A stretch of DNA of 64,000 nucleotides. Source: Dicyema japonicum. Taxonomy: Eukaryota; Animalia; Dicyemida. The DNA is taken from positions 13,446 to 77,445 of the forward strand of contig RDEW01000079.1 of assembly GCA_011109175.1 (NCBI GenBank). Direction: 5' to 3'. The notes under the pieces were generated by a model. That model saw nothing but the letters and a program-made list of their open reading frames with translations, had not been told where the DNA came from and searched no databases. This document shows positions 48,160 to 61,800 of this stretch, one piece after another (positions within the stretch are counted from its first letter, which is position 1; each line of letters starts with the position of its first letter). The translations under genes and the position numbers were made by a program.

Positions 48160-49426
48160 TTTTATCTAACACCCTGGAAGCAGTTCTTATCCAAAGGCAA
48201 CAAAAATAATGAGGACAACCACTATTCATGCCAGTCCCATATACGAATCCTTGTTTAATGCATTATTCTAAACTAGAGATCAAAAATCCAACAAAAAAAA
48301 ATAAACGTGAAATTTAAATAAAAATAGGCAAAAAATAGGCTTTGTATAAAATCCAAAAAGTATTAAATGGTTGAAAAAAAGATTAAATTATTGTAAAAAT
48401 AAAACGAATTCAATTACAGAATATCGAATATTATATGAAATTCTGTAAGTCAACAATATATTTAATCAATTTTAATACGAGTATTAACCATTCATATAAG
48501 AAAACAAAATTAGATAAACAAATAAAACAATGCACAACAACAAAACGAAGCACGAGTAGTAACGTGGTTATCTTATTACATTAGGTTTTCCAGATAAAAT
48601 TAAATACAATAAAATGATTATTTTAATATAATATAATTAAAATCATTTATTTTTGAATTTGAGCTCGTGAGATTAGTGCCAGATTGTACGGATTAAATGT
48701 TTTGTTTTTGATGTTGAATTCAAACACAAATCAAAGAAATATCAAAAGACGTTATCATGTCCCCTCAAATAATTTGCGAGATATAATACCCTGTGTTATT
48801 ATCTCACGGCGCAGCTCAAGAAATTGCTTACATTTTTTAGATAATAAACTAATTTTTAAAGATTTTTTAATTTGATAAAGAAGCTTAAATCACAAAAATG
48901 ATAATGTTCTAAACAACTCAAATTTTAGAGGATATAATTTTAATATAGAATTTATCGTTGACAGTGTTATCCTTATACGAGGATTATTCGACAGTGCTTT
49001 ATTTACAGAGCCTTTATCGACAGAACTTTTATCAAAAGAGCTTTTAGCTAAAAATGATATCAAGAGTTTCTTTGAAGGTCGTGGCATTGCTAGTTTCAAA
49101 AGAGCGGACCATGCCACGGGGACGCTAGGAATGAATGCTAAAAATTTTCAGAAATCGAGTTATAATCATTATATATTTTCTATAAATATTAATGTTTTTG
49201 AATAAATAAAAATATCGAATTATTTTCATTAGCATGTTCGACATGCTGTTCTGTTGTTTTGGTGTTGATTTTTTCGACATTTGATTATTATTTTTTGTTA
49301 GACATTTTTTTAAAGATAATTTTGTATATGCATTTTATTGCAGATTGAATATTGTGTACATGTAGAATTTTTTGAAAAAAGTTATTTTACAAGTTAATTT
49401 GTGTCAATTGTATTAATAATTTCAAT

Positions 49427-49973
49427 TTAATGCATCTTTTTAAATAATATCTTTCCCATTTCTTTCAATTTAATGCATCTTTTTAAATAATATCTTTTTA
49501 AATAATATCTTTCTGGGAGTACATATATACAACAGTTATTGAGTGAGAGGTCTGTCAGATCCGTCAATTGGAAGAGAGGCCGAGGAAAACTATACGAATA
49601 AAGAGCCAAAAACAACACAAAGAGTGGATTTGTGTCACAATTGAGTACCTTCACCTTACTACATTTTGACAACTCAACTGGGAGAGTGGAAAGCTCTAAA
49701 ATACTAGAAAAAAGCCCGTCTATTTGTGCTTAGATTTAATTCTTCCAGACATTGTAGATTGCATATTGTTGGGGGAATAAATATATTTTGTGGGCATTTT
49801 ACTGGTGTGAAGTGTGTTAGATGATTGAATCCTGCATCCAAGTGCTGGATATAGTACCCTGGAATATCTACGAGGGATGGCAGTGTTTCGAGGCACAGTC
49901 TATCTATGATGACTTGGTTTATTTGAGGTTTCTTTTGCTTGAAAGGAAAGCAGAGGAAAAATTTGTTCATTTT
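49427..49973 (-). pseudogene. LAP-family LRR fragment, copy B
   Basis: ORFs 49704-50018 and 49427-49672 are near-identical to copy A. Confidence 0.6.
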
Positions 49974-50059
49974 GTTATTTCTGAAATAATTTAAATAATA
50001 AACGCTACACCACAACAACGATATTTTAGATAGCGGGTTTGTTATATTTATTTAAATTA

Positions 50060-51600
50060 TGTCACGGGTTGGATAATGCCCCGGATTGGATAATGCTCCC
50101 TCAACGTTATTTTAAAAAAATAAATATTTTTTCCAATGAATTTTTATTAGATTTTGGATTCTCCTAATTATTTTTGTAATTTATTAAAGATTTTTTTTGA
50201 ATTAATCTCGCGTGCAGACTCGCTTTTGTTATCTAAATTTTCCAATTTGAAAAAATAATAAGTATTATAGATCAAATATATATTTCAGAAATGGTTTTAC
50301 TCAACCTTACTAAAAATGAACTTGACGACATCCAAAAAATTCAATTAGATGTATTTTTTATTGACTGATTTGAAAAATCTTTAAAAAAAGATACAGAAAA
50401 TTATCAGAACAGTTAATTTTCGAAGACGAACGAAGGGATAGTATACATAAAATACAAAAGCCTGAGGTTACGCTTTTTCCCCCAAGAACAAAAGGAACTT
50501 AAACTAAAAACTATCGAGCTGATTGTTACATAATCATTTTAGATTGAACATATGAGGACACATTTTGGAAGAGAGAAGTTGCTTTCGATGCTGAGGAAGG
50601 AAATTTAAGCAGTAACCCGAGACGAAATTACTGCTGTGATCTCAAAATACGTTCTCTGTCAGGTGCATATGCATTGAATTATTTGTAGTAAAAAAAGTTG
50701 ATGGCGACTAAGCCAACAATTACTCCTATTATTGCAAGAGGGCCTAAAGATCGCTATATTGCAGATTGGGTGGATTTAAGAAGGTATGCTAGCCTTAATA
50801 GCGATAATGGATGGGTATTCCTCTCTGATTTAATTGTAGTTGGTTGTGGTTATAGATTCATTTTCCAAATTCGCAGCTGTAAAACTTGCCAGACAGAAAT
50901 CCGCGGAGGAAATTACGAAAAAATTAAGCAATATTTTTTTGATGATTGGTCCCCATTAATTCTACAGACGGATAATGGGAAAGAATTTAAGAACAAATGT
51001 ATGGAAACAATGTGTAATGATTTAAAATCATACACATAAGTGGACGTCCTAAAGCACCATGGATTCAGAATCAAGTAGAGAGGCAAGTTATTTGTAAATT
51101 TATCTTTAGATTCAATCAATCGATCAAAAGCTCCACTAGTGCGTCAAATGGGTCATTTGGAAGCTATAAGTATTTTTACCAAGAAAGCGTATATAAATAT
51201 AACATGGCAAAGCATGAAACAACCAAGAGGACACATTTTGTAGTTTTTATGCGGGGAAATAATCTAATCCCGGAGGAAACAAGATCAGCGTTATTACTAT
51301 TCGAAGGAAATGAAGTGGAGGAATTAAGTCAATCGGAATTAATTGGATCGGATTATTTCGAAAACGAGGACGATTATTTGAATCAACAAAGTGTGTATGA
51401 TAGCCATGTTCTTGTCGGAGAAAAAAATGAAAAGGAGGCCGAAATGAAGATCTACAAGTAGGAGATAATGTGTTACTCAGACATGATATCGATGCAAATC
51501 CGAATAATCGAAAATACCCGTTATATGATCAAATCGATTCAACTATATACCAAATATCGGAAGTTGCTAAAGATCCGCGAACTTAAGATATGAATGACGA
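50060..51600 (+). mobile_element. Ginger-like element subfamily A, copy B
   Basis: Same terminus; introns 50663-50688, 50815-50839 and GC-AG 51083-51109. Confidence 0.82.
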
Positions 51601-51839
51601 TTTATTTAAAAATGTACACAGAAGTCGTCTGAAAAAAGTTTTAGATAATAAAAATTTTTGAATTTTTTATATTTGTTTTTAAACGGAGAACCTAAAAAAG
51701 AAAAATTGGTCATGTGTGTTTTGCCGACTCTTGGTAAAATTCATTCAATCAAAAAATTGATAAAAAATATAATAATTCGATTTAATTCCATTATCAAGTT
51801 ATTTTTAATTAATTATCAGCAAAACAATACAACATATTC

Positions 51840-52656
51840 ATTCTCGCGTGTTGTTTTTGCGGTGCTTCTTTCTGTCATTTGTTATTTGCCATTTATCGTT
51901 TCTATCTCTAATCTTCATTATCGATGACTCTCTGTTCTGTTTGTAACACTTTTAACAAAAAGAAGAAAACCATCCGTTGCGACTGCTGTGATGCCAGTTT
52001 TTCATCTTTCTTGCATCAAGTTGTCCAAGAAGTCTGCTTCATCTCTTACTCGTTGGGTTAGGGCCGAGGCTGGAAAACTGTCTGTCGACGGTCTCCGTCC
52101 CATTCACTTAATCGACCTCATTTCCGATACTGCCGAGGCTGGAAACTGTCTTTCACAATCTATCACCAAGCTATGTAACTTATTTCTCCGTGGGATATAT
52201 CTGAGCATGCTAGACTGCTTTTCTTCTCTGCGAACCTGACAGCATTGGGGAAAAAAAGACGGCGGCATTAGGCTATTGCCGTCGGGAACGTTTTCCGTCG
52301 TTTGTTTGCAAAAGTCGGATGCAAGCTGGTAATTCCATCTATTAGTGACGAACTCTAGCCCATTCAGTTGGGCGTTGGCGTGTCTGGCGGGTGTGAGGCC
52401 TCGGTCCACGCATCCCGGTGTTTTATTGAATCGTCCCGCCTTTCTGAACAGCCCCGGCTATTATTAAAATTGGACGTTAAGAATGCGTTCAATTCTCTCA
52501 ACAGAAAGCATCTACTTGAGGTTTGTAAAGACAGAATTCCTTCATTGCTGCCATTTGTTTTTCTTTCATATGGGTAAACCGAGCCTTTTGGCTGCCGGTG
52601 ATTCTTTATTTCTTCTTCTTGCGGTGTACAGCAAGGTGACCCTTTGGGTATTATGT
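51840..52656 (+). mobile_element. CRE 5' half, copy B (PHD finger with intact ATG at 51924)
   Basis: MTLCSVCNTFNKKKKTIRCDCCDASF..LSCIKLSKK..TRW, then RT motifs. Confidence 0.88.
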
Positions 52657-52988
52657 GACATGGGCAGCGCGTTACGCATGGGCCGCGCGTTACATTTTTT
52701 GACATTGATACTGTCAAATTAGAATTCTTTGATTAGCCGAAATTTTTATAGTGACAAAAATATATTAAATTAAATCGATTTCAAACATGTTAAATTATCT
52801 TTAATTTATTAATGTTACAATTATTAAGATTTAAATTTTTTAACTTCGCAAAACCTACATTTCTAGCGGTCTTGTTTATCTTGTTGTATCTTTTTGTATT
52901 CGAATATGAGTTAGATCTTGTTTATCTTGTTGTAAGGAGATCTTACAAAGGTTTTGTAAAAGACATTATCGAATATGAGATTTTAAAG
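52657..52988 (+). mobile_element. Left end of Ginger-like subfamily B, copy B
   Basis: TGTGACATGGGCAGCGCGTTACGCATGGGCCGCGCGTTACA after tatta. Confidence 0.85.
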
Positions 52989-53480
52989 NGAGTGTGGGTC
53001 ACAAAGGACTTCCATTTGGTCGTCAATAGAAGGAATATATTGAAGGCTTTTGAGGACCAGACAGTAATGCTAATCATATATTCCACAATCATTATATTAG
53101 GAGTTATTTTGATTACGCACACCTTTTCAAAGTAAGCAATTCTCTGGGTTATTAAATAGAAAATTCCCGATAACGTATCAGGAAATAGTCTGTGGAATAA
53201 ATAGATTTGTATTAAATATTTATCGACTATTTATGGCATGTAAAAAGTTTATTACAAGAAAAAAGTCGAAACAAAAAAAGATATAATAACATTTTCAAAA
53301 AATATATACTTTACTTAAATTAACAAGCTAAATAAGTACTAATTGCGTACCAAAAAATTAATTTTAACCTTGAGTAAGGCACTTACCTGCCTCTGGCTTT
53401 CCGGTAGTGCTGCTTTTTTTTAACCTTGAGTAAAACATAGTATTCCTTTACTTCGAGGAGAATTTCTCATGTACAAGTTC

Positions 53481-54771
53481 CAGGGTTGTTAAAAATCATG
53501 ATTTTTATTAAAAAAATCAGATTTTTTTGATTTAAACATGATTTTTTGATTTAAATCAGATTTTTATTCATTTTTGTCTAAAGCGACAGCAATTGGTTTA
53601 ATCAGCAGCAAATATTCTTCAACACGACGTTTTAGGCAAATGTTTTGGACTTTGGAAGTAATATCTGTATCAATATCGGATCTATGTTCTTCACAAATTC
53701 TCAAAATTGTAGACCAATTATCCAGATAAGATTCAAAACAATCTGATAAAGTGTTCCAGCGAACATCAATCGGAAGAACAAGTTTTTTTCCTCCAGCAAA
53801 TTTGTACCATGCAGCTGGAAGATGACATTTCGAAAGTATTTATTTATTTTTACGATGGTTTCTTTAACGTCAGCTACTTCTACATCTTTTGCAAGAAGGT
53901 TGAGATAATGTGCCGAGGAACCATATGTAATAATTTAAATATCATCTTGCATCATTATCCGCCTCATTTTAGCCATGTAGCAAGCATTGTCCGTCACAAG
54001 ACTCCCGATTTTACATCCAAACCGTGCTGCGGACTTGGCAAAATCTAATGCAACAGATTGAAGATATTCCGTAGTGTGTCTGTGTCCAGAGGTGTCTACA
54101 GTGTCAATTAGATAGCTTTCTCCATCCAATGTTTCAACCGAAACACAAATAACAGGTTCATTATGAATGTTACTCCACCCGTCCAACATCATATACACTG
54201 TCTTGTCCTGGAGTCTTTGCCAAGTCTTCATGTATTTGGTCGTACACACGATCGAGCAATGGACCATCAATTTGATGACGAGAGGGTAAGCGATACCCAG
54301 GAAGAAGCATTTGGACGAATTTGAACAAATTCCGGATGTTCTACAGCAGCAAAAGGAGTGTTACTAAAATATATGTATATAGCGAGTTGCATATATCAAA
54401 TTTTTTTCGATAACGTCGTCGTAGTAACGAAATTGATTAATGATTGGTCCTCATCCTCAGGGGAATTCGCTGATCCACTTTCACTTTCGACGGATTTTCA
54501 GGATATCAAATTAGTTCGCATAACAAATAATGCTGCCTCATCCGAGATACGTGACCTTGTTCCTCCTTCCCGCAATTACGGCATCTGGCTCGACTGCCAG
54601 TCTTTCCAAGAATAATGTTTATCGAAGTGAACCCACAAGGAATCACGCTTTCTACCAGACATTTAATCATTAAAAATTTCTACCAACAATGATTTTTTTG
54701 ATTTTTTTAATGATTTAAATCACTGATTTTTTTTGTGATTAAAATCAAATGATTTAAATCAAACAACCCTG
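53481..54771 (-). mobile_element. hAT transposon (DUF659-type), internally deleted, with a perfect 8-bp TSD
   Basis: CAGGGTTG...CAACCCTG; acaagttc at 53473-53480 and 54772-54779; MMLDGWSNIHNEPVI, SLVTDNA, CSSAHYLNLLAKD. Confidence 0.9.
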
Positions 54772-55099
54772 ACAAGTTCCAGAGAAGACTCAATAAAGTC
54801 TGCGTTATTCTCCGTTAAACAATTAAAAAGTATTGAATGCAACGACTTTCTTTTACTCATTACAATTTTTACAGTCAGGTTTTGTTCACAGTTAGGGTAT
54901 TCTACAATTGTGGCCATATTTTTGTTGACTTATTAAAACCCGTAGAATACTCGCTCCATGGTCTTTAATCAATCAGAGATTCACGGCTTGGACCATTCTG
55001 CTCTTTTGGTGGATTATGGCACGTCTCCTGAAGCAAAGATTACTGGCTTGTTAAAAATTTTACTGGCTTGTTAAAAATTTGGAACTAGAAGATATTCCG

Positions 55100-56059
55100 A
55101 AATAAATCGATCAAACTCCTGGGTAAACTTCAATAATTATTTATACGAAGATTCTAGTGGTCGTTGATTCATTTACTAAGTATGCTGTTGTGGAACTAGC
55201 AAAGAATAAAAGTGCATTGGAGATTTCATCTCTACTTGAGAACATATTTTACGTAATTGGAGTTTCGCAATTCTGAAAACCGTTATTTTTCAAACTGATA
55301 ACGGAAGGGAGTTTCGCAAGTCTGAAATGGATAAGCTCTGTAAATTTTTTAAAATAAATAATATCTGTGGAAGACTTAGAGCACCATGGGTACAAGGACA
55401 AGTTGAAAGGTTCATTTTAAAGCTATAATAAAAAGCTTCGAGACTTGCTAAAATTTTAAAATAAATAGTTGACACATTTTACTTTTTTATTAATGTCGTT
55501 TACGGGGTTTTGTAATTAATTTTAAATAAAACTGTTATTATAACTGTTATTTAGAGTTGCTTTTAACACTAGAAATTGTAATAAAAAAGTATTAAAAATC
55601 GTATTAATCATAAAATCAGAGTCAAATACACTGCGCCGCAGGCCGCATAGGGAACAGTATCAAATTGACTTTCAACAATTAGGGTTTGGTTAGGGTCGTC
55701 TTTCGAAATCGAGTTAGGATATTCAAAATTTAAAAGTTTACACTTAAAACTTATTAGTTTTCGATTTTAGATAATTTTTTACAAATAAAATTGATTTTTT
55801 TTAATGAAAAATGATTATTTAAAATGGAAGAACTCTAAATATAATAAACAATATGATAATTAATCAATAATTTTTAAAAATAAGGTTAGGTTTGATTTGT
55901 TGTCTATCTTAGTTTTCCAGAATTCATTAAAACCATCAAAAATAGGTTTAAAATTGGACTTAGAAAAAAGTAGGATACTTTTTATATGGAAGTAATTGAT
56001 ATTAATGCGATTTTGATGCGGTCCATTAATATGCCGGGTCCATTAATGAGCCGGTCACA
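55100..56059 (+). mobile_element. Ginger-like integrase core and right terminus
   Basis: KILVVVDSFTKYAVVEL, FQTDNGREF, APWVQGQVERF; ends ggtccattaatatgccg ggtccattaatgagccg gtcaca. Confidence 0.7.
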
Positions 56060-56064
56060 TTATA

Positions 56065-57863
56065 CAGTGAAACCTCTCAAATTGGCCATTTTTTTTTAAA
56101 ATGCTTAAGAATACCTCCAGTTTCTTAAGAATTGGCCAATTCTTAAATTGGCCACAATTTTTAAAATAATTTCTCTAAAATTTATTATTTAAATAAATTT
56201 ATTTTAAAATGCCGTCACGTAATCCACGTGGGATTTATGTCCGCCTTTCTGCAAAGCAAAAACTTATGATTTTGAAGTATAAAGAAGAAAATAATAGCGT
56301 TTCATGTAAGAATATGGCCGAAAGGTTCTCTTATTTGTTTGGGAAAACAATATCGCGGAAAACAATCAACAATATTTTACTAAAGAAAGACTCGAATGTT
56401 GATGATTTAAAAAATTGTAAAGCTTCAACAAGACAATCCAACGTCTTAAATTCCCCGTTCTTGATGAGAAACTAGTTGAATGGATGGACTTAATTGAATC
56501 TAAAAGTAACAATAATTATAAATTTCAGGTGGTTTTATAACTGATGCTTGATTTCAAGTAAGGCTAGTCTATTTGCTAAAGAATTGCAGATTGAAAACTT
56601 TAGAAATTCCAATGGATTTCTTCAAAAGTTCAAACAGAGGCATGGGTTTAGAATGCAAAAGTTACACGGAGAAATGCAAACGGATAAACGCCCAGACATA
56701 GATTCTTTTCTGAAGAGTTTTCTGGAAGTTTCAAAATCGTACACGGATGATCAAATTTATAACTTGGACGAAACTGGACTTTATTACAAGTTGATTCCCT
56801 CGAAAAGCATATGTAAATCCCGATTTAATGGATATAAAAATGTTACCGATCGAGTTTCCCTTATGTTATGTTCAAACATGACGGGAAGACATAAGTTAAT
56901 GCCCGTAATGATAGGAAAGTATAACATGCCAAGATGCTTCAAAAACTACAACTGGAAGTGCAGTGTATCATATTACAGCTCGAAACGGGCTTGGATGACA
57001 GGCTCGATTTTTATGAGTTGGCTAATTGACTTTGATAGAAAACTCAAAATTGAAAAAAAAATTTTATTACTAATCGACCATTGCCCTGCTCATTGCGTTC
57101 CGCAAAATTTAGAAAATATTGAAATAATGTTTTTACCGAAAAATAGTACCGGTTTACTTCAGCCCATGGACATTGGAATAATCAGAACGTTCAAAGCTTA
57201 TTTTAATCGATATAAACTTTCTTATTTGACTGAATTATTGGAAATCGACAAAATTTCAGTTTACGAATCATATAAAAGGTTGACTTTGAAGGATACCGTT
57301 TTGTTTGTAAAAATGGCATGGGAGGATGTTTCTGAGGAAACCTCAACAACTGCTTTAAAAAGTTCCAACGACCGCATGAAATAGATGAGATTGTTGAAAT
57401 TAGAGAACCTGATATATCAAAACAGATATTTTCGACCCGCTTAAATTTGAAGAATTTTGGACATTGAGTACGTAGAAAATGATGCGATCGAAGAGGAAAA
57501 CAAAGATGGTAAAGAGATTCTTGAAGAGAATATAGAAGATGTAGAATTAGAAAGTATTGATTTGATATCTCCAAATAAAAATAAATTTTTGGAAGAGTTG
57601 AACATGATCGAGAAAAAGCTTTTAAGTAACATTGAGAACGAACATGATGTTATGTTAATCACTGCTATAAGAAGATACAAACAAAACCAAGTAATTCAGA
57701 AGCAAAGGCAGCAAGGGATCGAATACTACTTTCAGAAAGTTCAACAAACTAAGGAAATTTAACTTTTAATTGACATCTATTTCAGTTATTTTTATTGATT
57801 TTACTCTCAAATTGGCCACGAAATTAGAGGAACCAAAAATGGCCAATTTGGGAGGGTACACTG
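56065..57863 (+). mobile_element. Tigger/pogo transposon, full span, frameshifted, with a 23-nt intron
   Basis: TA|CAGTGAAACCTCTCAAATTGGCC ... GGCCAATTTGGGAGGGTACACTG|TA. DDE_1 ORF 56548-57384 (YNLDETGL, LLLIDHCPAH, LQPMDIGII). Intron 56506-56528. Confidence 0.92.
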
Positions 57864-57869
57864 TATTTA

Positions 57870-58843
57870 TCAAATTTCAAAGAAAAAGGAAAATTTGAAT
57901 TTGAATCATTTTTTTGTCGAGGAGTGTATGTTTTCATATTCCGGAACATCAGTCGGATTCGTAGAAAGAATATTCACAAAATGCGTCATATTTCCTTTTT
58001 GTAACTGTAATTCCCACAACTTCAATTTATTTTCAAAAGCAATGATTTCGGCATACATTTGGTGTATAAATTTATTACTTCCCTGCAGTTTCAAATTTAA
58101 GTCAGTAGATGTGATGTTATGTCTACCAAAAATGCCAATTTGGAAATATTAATAGTATTTCGGAAATATGAAGCATCATAATTCTTTTCCTCAAGAAAAA
58201 TTATGACATCTCCCGTATTTGAAAAAGCCTTTTGAGCATTGATCCTCTACTAAGCCATCTGGCATTACAAAAATATAAAAGATCCCCATATTCTGCTTCA
58301 GCGTCGATTGAAAATTGCCTAAACTGCCGATGATTCAAGCCACGGGATAAAAAAAATTTACTGAATTAACAACAGCATCCATTGTCTCGCGTAATTTGAC
58401 TGATTTGGCAACTAACGCCTCTTGATGAATAATACAGTGAATCTTGACCAAATTGTGCTCAATTCCAAATTTTTCCATTTCATTTTGGAGTAATATAATA
58501 GTTCCCTTTTTGTTCCCAACCATAGATGGAGCCCCATCTGTTGTAATTCCAACTAATTTTGAAAGCGGGAGATTTGATTCATTAAATGCAGGAAAATGTC
58601 GGTTCCTGTCACTGTACCCATCATTGGAATGACTTTGACAAATTCTTCAAAAATTTGGAATGTTTCAGTTATCCCTCGAACAAATACGACAAGTTGAGAA
58701 GTATCTCTTCTGTCAGTACTAGTATCCAATGCGATAGAAAAATATTTAAATTCCCAAGACGTTTTTAAAGAGAGATTTAAATCGAATGACATTTCTTCTA
58801 CTCTTTTTGTCACCGATCTTGAAGATAAGGAAATAAACAGATA
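57870..58843 (-). mobile_element. hAT (Buster/SPIN-like) transposase middle part
   Basis: ISLSSRSVTKRVEEMS, FSIALDTSTD, TTDGAPSMVG, HCIIHQEAL, SRGLNHRQF, EYGDLLYFCNARWLSRG. Confidence 0.88.
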
Positions 58844-61800
58844 CGGTCAAACCTCTAAATTTCGCCACGATTTGGTTGGTCCCAAAAAATGGCGAGATTT
58901 AGAATTTGGCGAGCAATAGAGGTTTTGCACTTCTGGTTTTACCAAAAATTGAAAATTATATACGTTATGATTAATGATTTAAAAATTTAAAATTGTAAAA
59001 ATTTAAGAAATTCTCAAATTGTTTAAACAAATTAATGAAATAATCATCAATAGTTTTTTCCTTCATAGTTAAGTTTCTGATCATGTTGTTAATTGATTCA
59101 AGTGAATGTATATCAAAATTTTCATTTTGATAATAAAATTTCTTTAATTTATTTAACATTTTCAACGCCTCTTCTGAATTAATAACTCATTTTCTTGGTT
59201 ATTTTTTGGATAACGTAAAATAGGTTGATTTGACTCATGTGTGAGAAATTTTTCAACTTAATCCATATCAGTGAAACTATAATCAATAAATCCCGTTTGT
59301 TCTATCGGATCCAGAATTTTATGCTTCGTGATCATTTTATCGTAGATCTCAATCCTTAAATCCGTTTCTTGCTTCTTATTTTCACAAGTAATCCAATTAG
59401 CATGCTTAAAACAATCCGCAATTGTTTTTGAATACCATTTTTCCATTGAAAATGCATAAACAGAAGGCCATATTTTAAATTCAGTTCCTTATGTGAATTG
59501 AATAGATCAGTTCCATTGTCAACTTTGTCTTACATGGCCTCAAAGTTAAATTTGTTAAAATTTGCTTTAAATTAGCGGATGATTTTTTGATCCATAGGTT
59601 GTAAAATTGTGGTCGCTTTTGCAGAAAAGTATAGCAGTTCGATTGATACTAAATTCGAATAAATTTTATGTGAAAGGCATTGATCCACAACAAGCAGAAT
59701 TTTTGTTTTTTTCTTTTGAAGATGACGATCCCAAAAGAAGCCATTTGTTAAAAATTTTGCTAGTCATCCACGCCCTTTTAGAATGTCTATAATCAATATA
59801 TTTTTCAAAATTAAAATTCTTAAAGCATTTATGTCTCTTAAATTTTCCAATAATCAATGGAATTTTTTTGTCTGTCCCAGTCATATTCGTGCAAAGCAAC
59901 AAAGAAAATCTAAAATATAAGAAATAAAATAAACCGGTTCTTTAGCATCTTTTTCCCTGGGCGATTTTTTGACAAACACTTTTTGAAGAGATATTTTTGT
60001 AGAATGTTCCTGTTTCATCTGCATTATAAATCTTTTCAGGTCCATATTCATGCAATTTTGCAAATTACTGAAATAAAAGAATTTATTTCGTTTGCAAAGT
60101 TTACGTTAGTCGTATAAGACTCTCCGTAAAAAGTTCTTAACTTTATATTGTCCCGTTTCTTGAATTTAGAAAGCCAATTATTGCTAGCCTTGAAATCAGT
60201 AATTCCGTGTAAATCGGCGACTTTTTTTGCTTTCAAAGAAGAATTGTCGTCCAAGAATCCGCCACGAAGCTCGATATGTTCCAACTAGTGATGCACCGAT
60301 AACCATTTTTGGATTTTGCCGATTACCGATTATCGGCCAATTTCACCGATACCGATACCGATTAATCGGCCATTATATTATACATAAAAATATTTATATG
60401 TAATTTATTTTATTAAAAATGTAATTAAATATTTTGTTTAACATGTCGAGCGTTGTATGGAAATTTTTTGATGTCTCAGACGATAATTCGTTTTTTTGCG
60501 TATGTAAATTATGCGATATTTTAATATCAAGAGGAGGACGAACGCGAAAGACATTTACAACATCTAATATGATAAATCATCTTAGGGTTTATCATAGTGA
60601 ACAATTAGCTGAAGAAGAAATTGTGTTACAGAAAAAACGACCTTTTTGCCAAATTGAAGCAGTTAACACTTACTCAAGTTATAGAAAAGAAAAATATGTG
60701 GAATATTGACGATCATAAATCAAAAATAATTCATAAATTAATTGGAGAAATGATTGCAGTTAATTTATTACCATATTCATTTGTTGGTGATATTGGTTTC
60801 ATTCGATTACTAAATCATATTATTCCAAATTATTGTATTCCCTCCAGAAAATATTTTTCGGAAAATATTATTCCTGAAATTTTCAAAAATGTTAAAGCAA
60901 CGATTACAAATGATATCGATTCTATCAAATTTTTGTCCCTGACAATTGATATTTGGACGGCTACCACAGCAAATAAACCTTTTCTTTGTATAACCGGACA
61001 TTGGTTAACAGATTTATTTGCACAACAAAGAGTTTTGTTACGAGTTATTCCCTTGGAAGGTTCTCATACATCTTCTAAGATTTGTGACGAGATAACTAAT
61101 GTATTAGATGAATATAATCTGAAAAAAGAAATCATTTTTTTAATTTTAAGAGATTCTGCCCCAAACATGATTGCTGGTGTAATATATTTACGTGGTGGAA
61201 GAACTTTACGAATATATTTCCCCGCTTAAGTAAAATGGCGTTGAAATATTTAACAGCTCCTGCTTCGTCTGTAGAAAGCGAAAGAGTTTTCAGCACTGGA
61301 GGAAATATATATCAACCGAAAAGAAATAGACTTTTGCCAGAGAATGGAGAAATGATGTACCTTCAATATAATTTAAAAACATTAGACTTTAATTATTGAT
61401 TCTTTTAAAAAAATTTTGTTTTTTTAACGTTTTGTTGTATACAATTGTATTTCGGAAAATAATTACATTACCGATTAATCGGCAGATTTTGCCGATAATC
61501 GGCAAAGTGGCCGATATGCCGATTACCGATTATCGGCCGATTAATCGGTGCACCTCTAGTTCAAACCATGTCATAATTTTTGTATCAATAGTTGAATATA
61601 TTAGATTGAATAGGCGTTTTTTGCATGAGAAAAGAAGATCACTATCAAGTATTTGTTGTTTCTCAAGCATTGATTGATCTTCGTAATTTTTTTTTCTTAG
61701 AATTGAAGAAAAAAATGCGGCGATATGTTCCATAGTCATATGTTTGTTATCATCGATGTAGGCTATTATGCGTCTTTTTTCATTAAACGTCAGTCTAGTA

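Larger units (their letters stand above)
45748..52988 (+). repeat. Tandem segmental duplication, unit B (ends at the single N at 52989)
   Basis: Colinear with 36853-42649, including the identical Ginger-in-CRE junction at 52657. Confidence 0.88.

Noticed and set aside
55410-55436. Possible 27-nt intron at VE|R in the 55 kb integrase
   Set aside because: Splicing gives ESFET rather than ERFN, and the unspliced reading already gives ERF; ambiguous.
55678-55695. TTAGGG telomere-like motif
   Set aside because: Only two non-tandem units; not an array.
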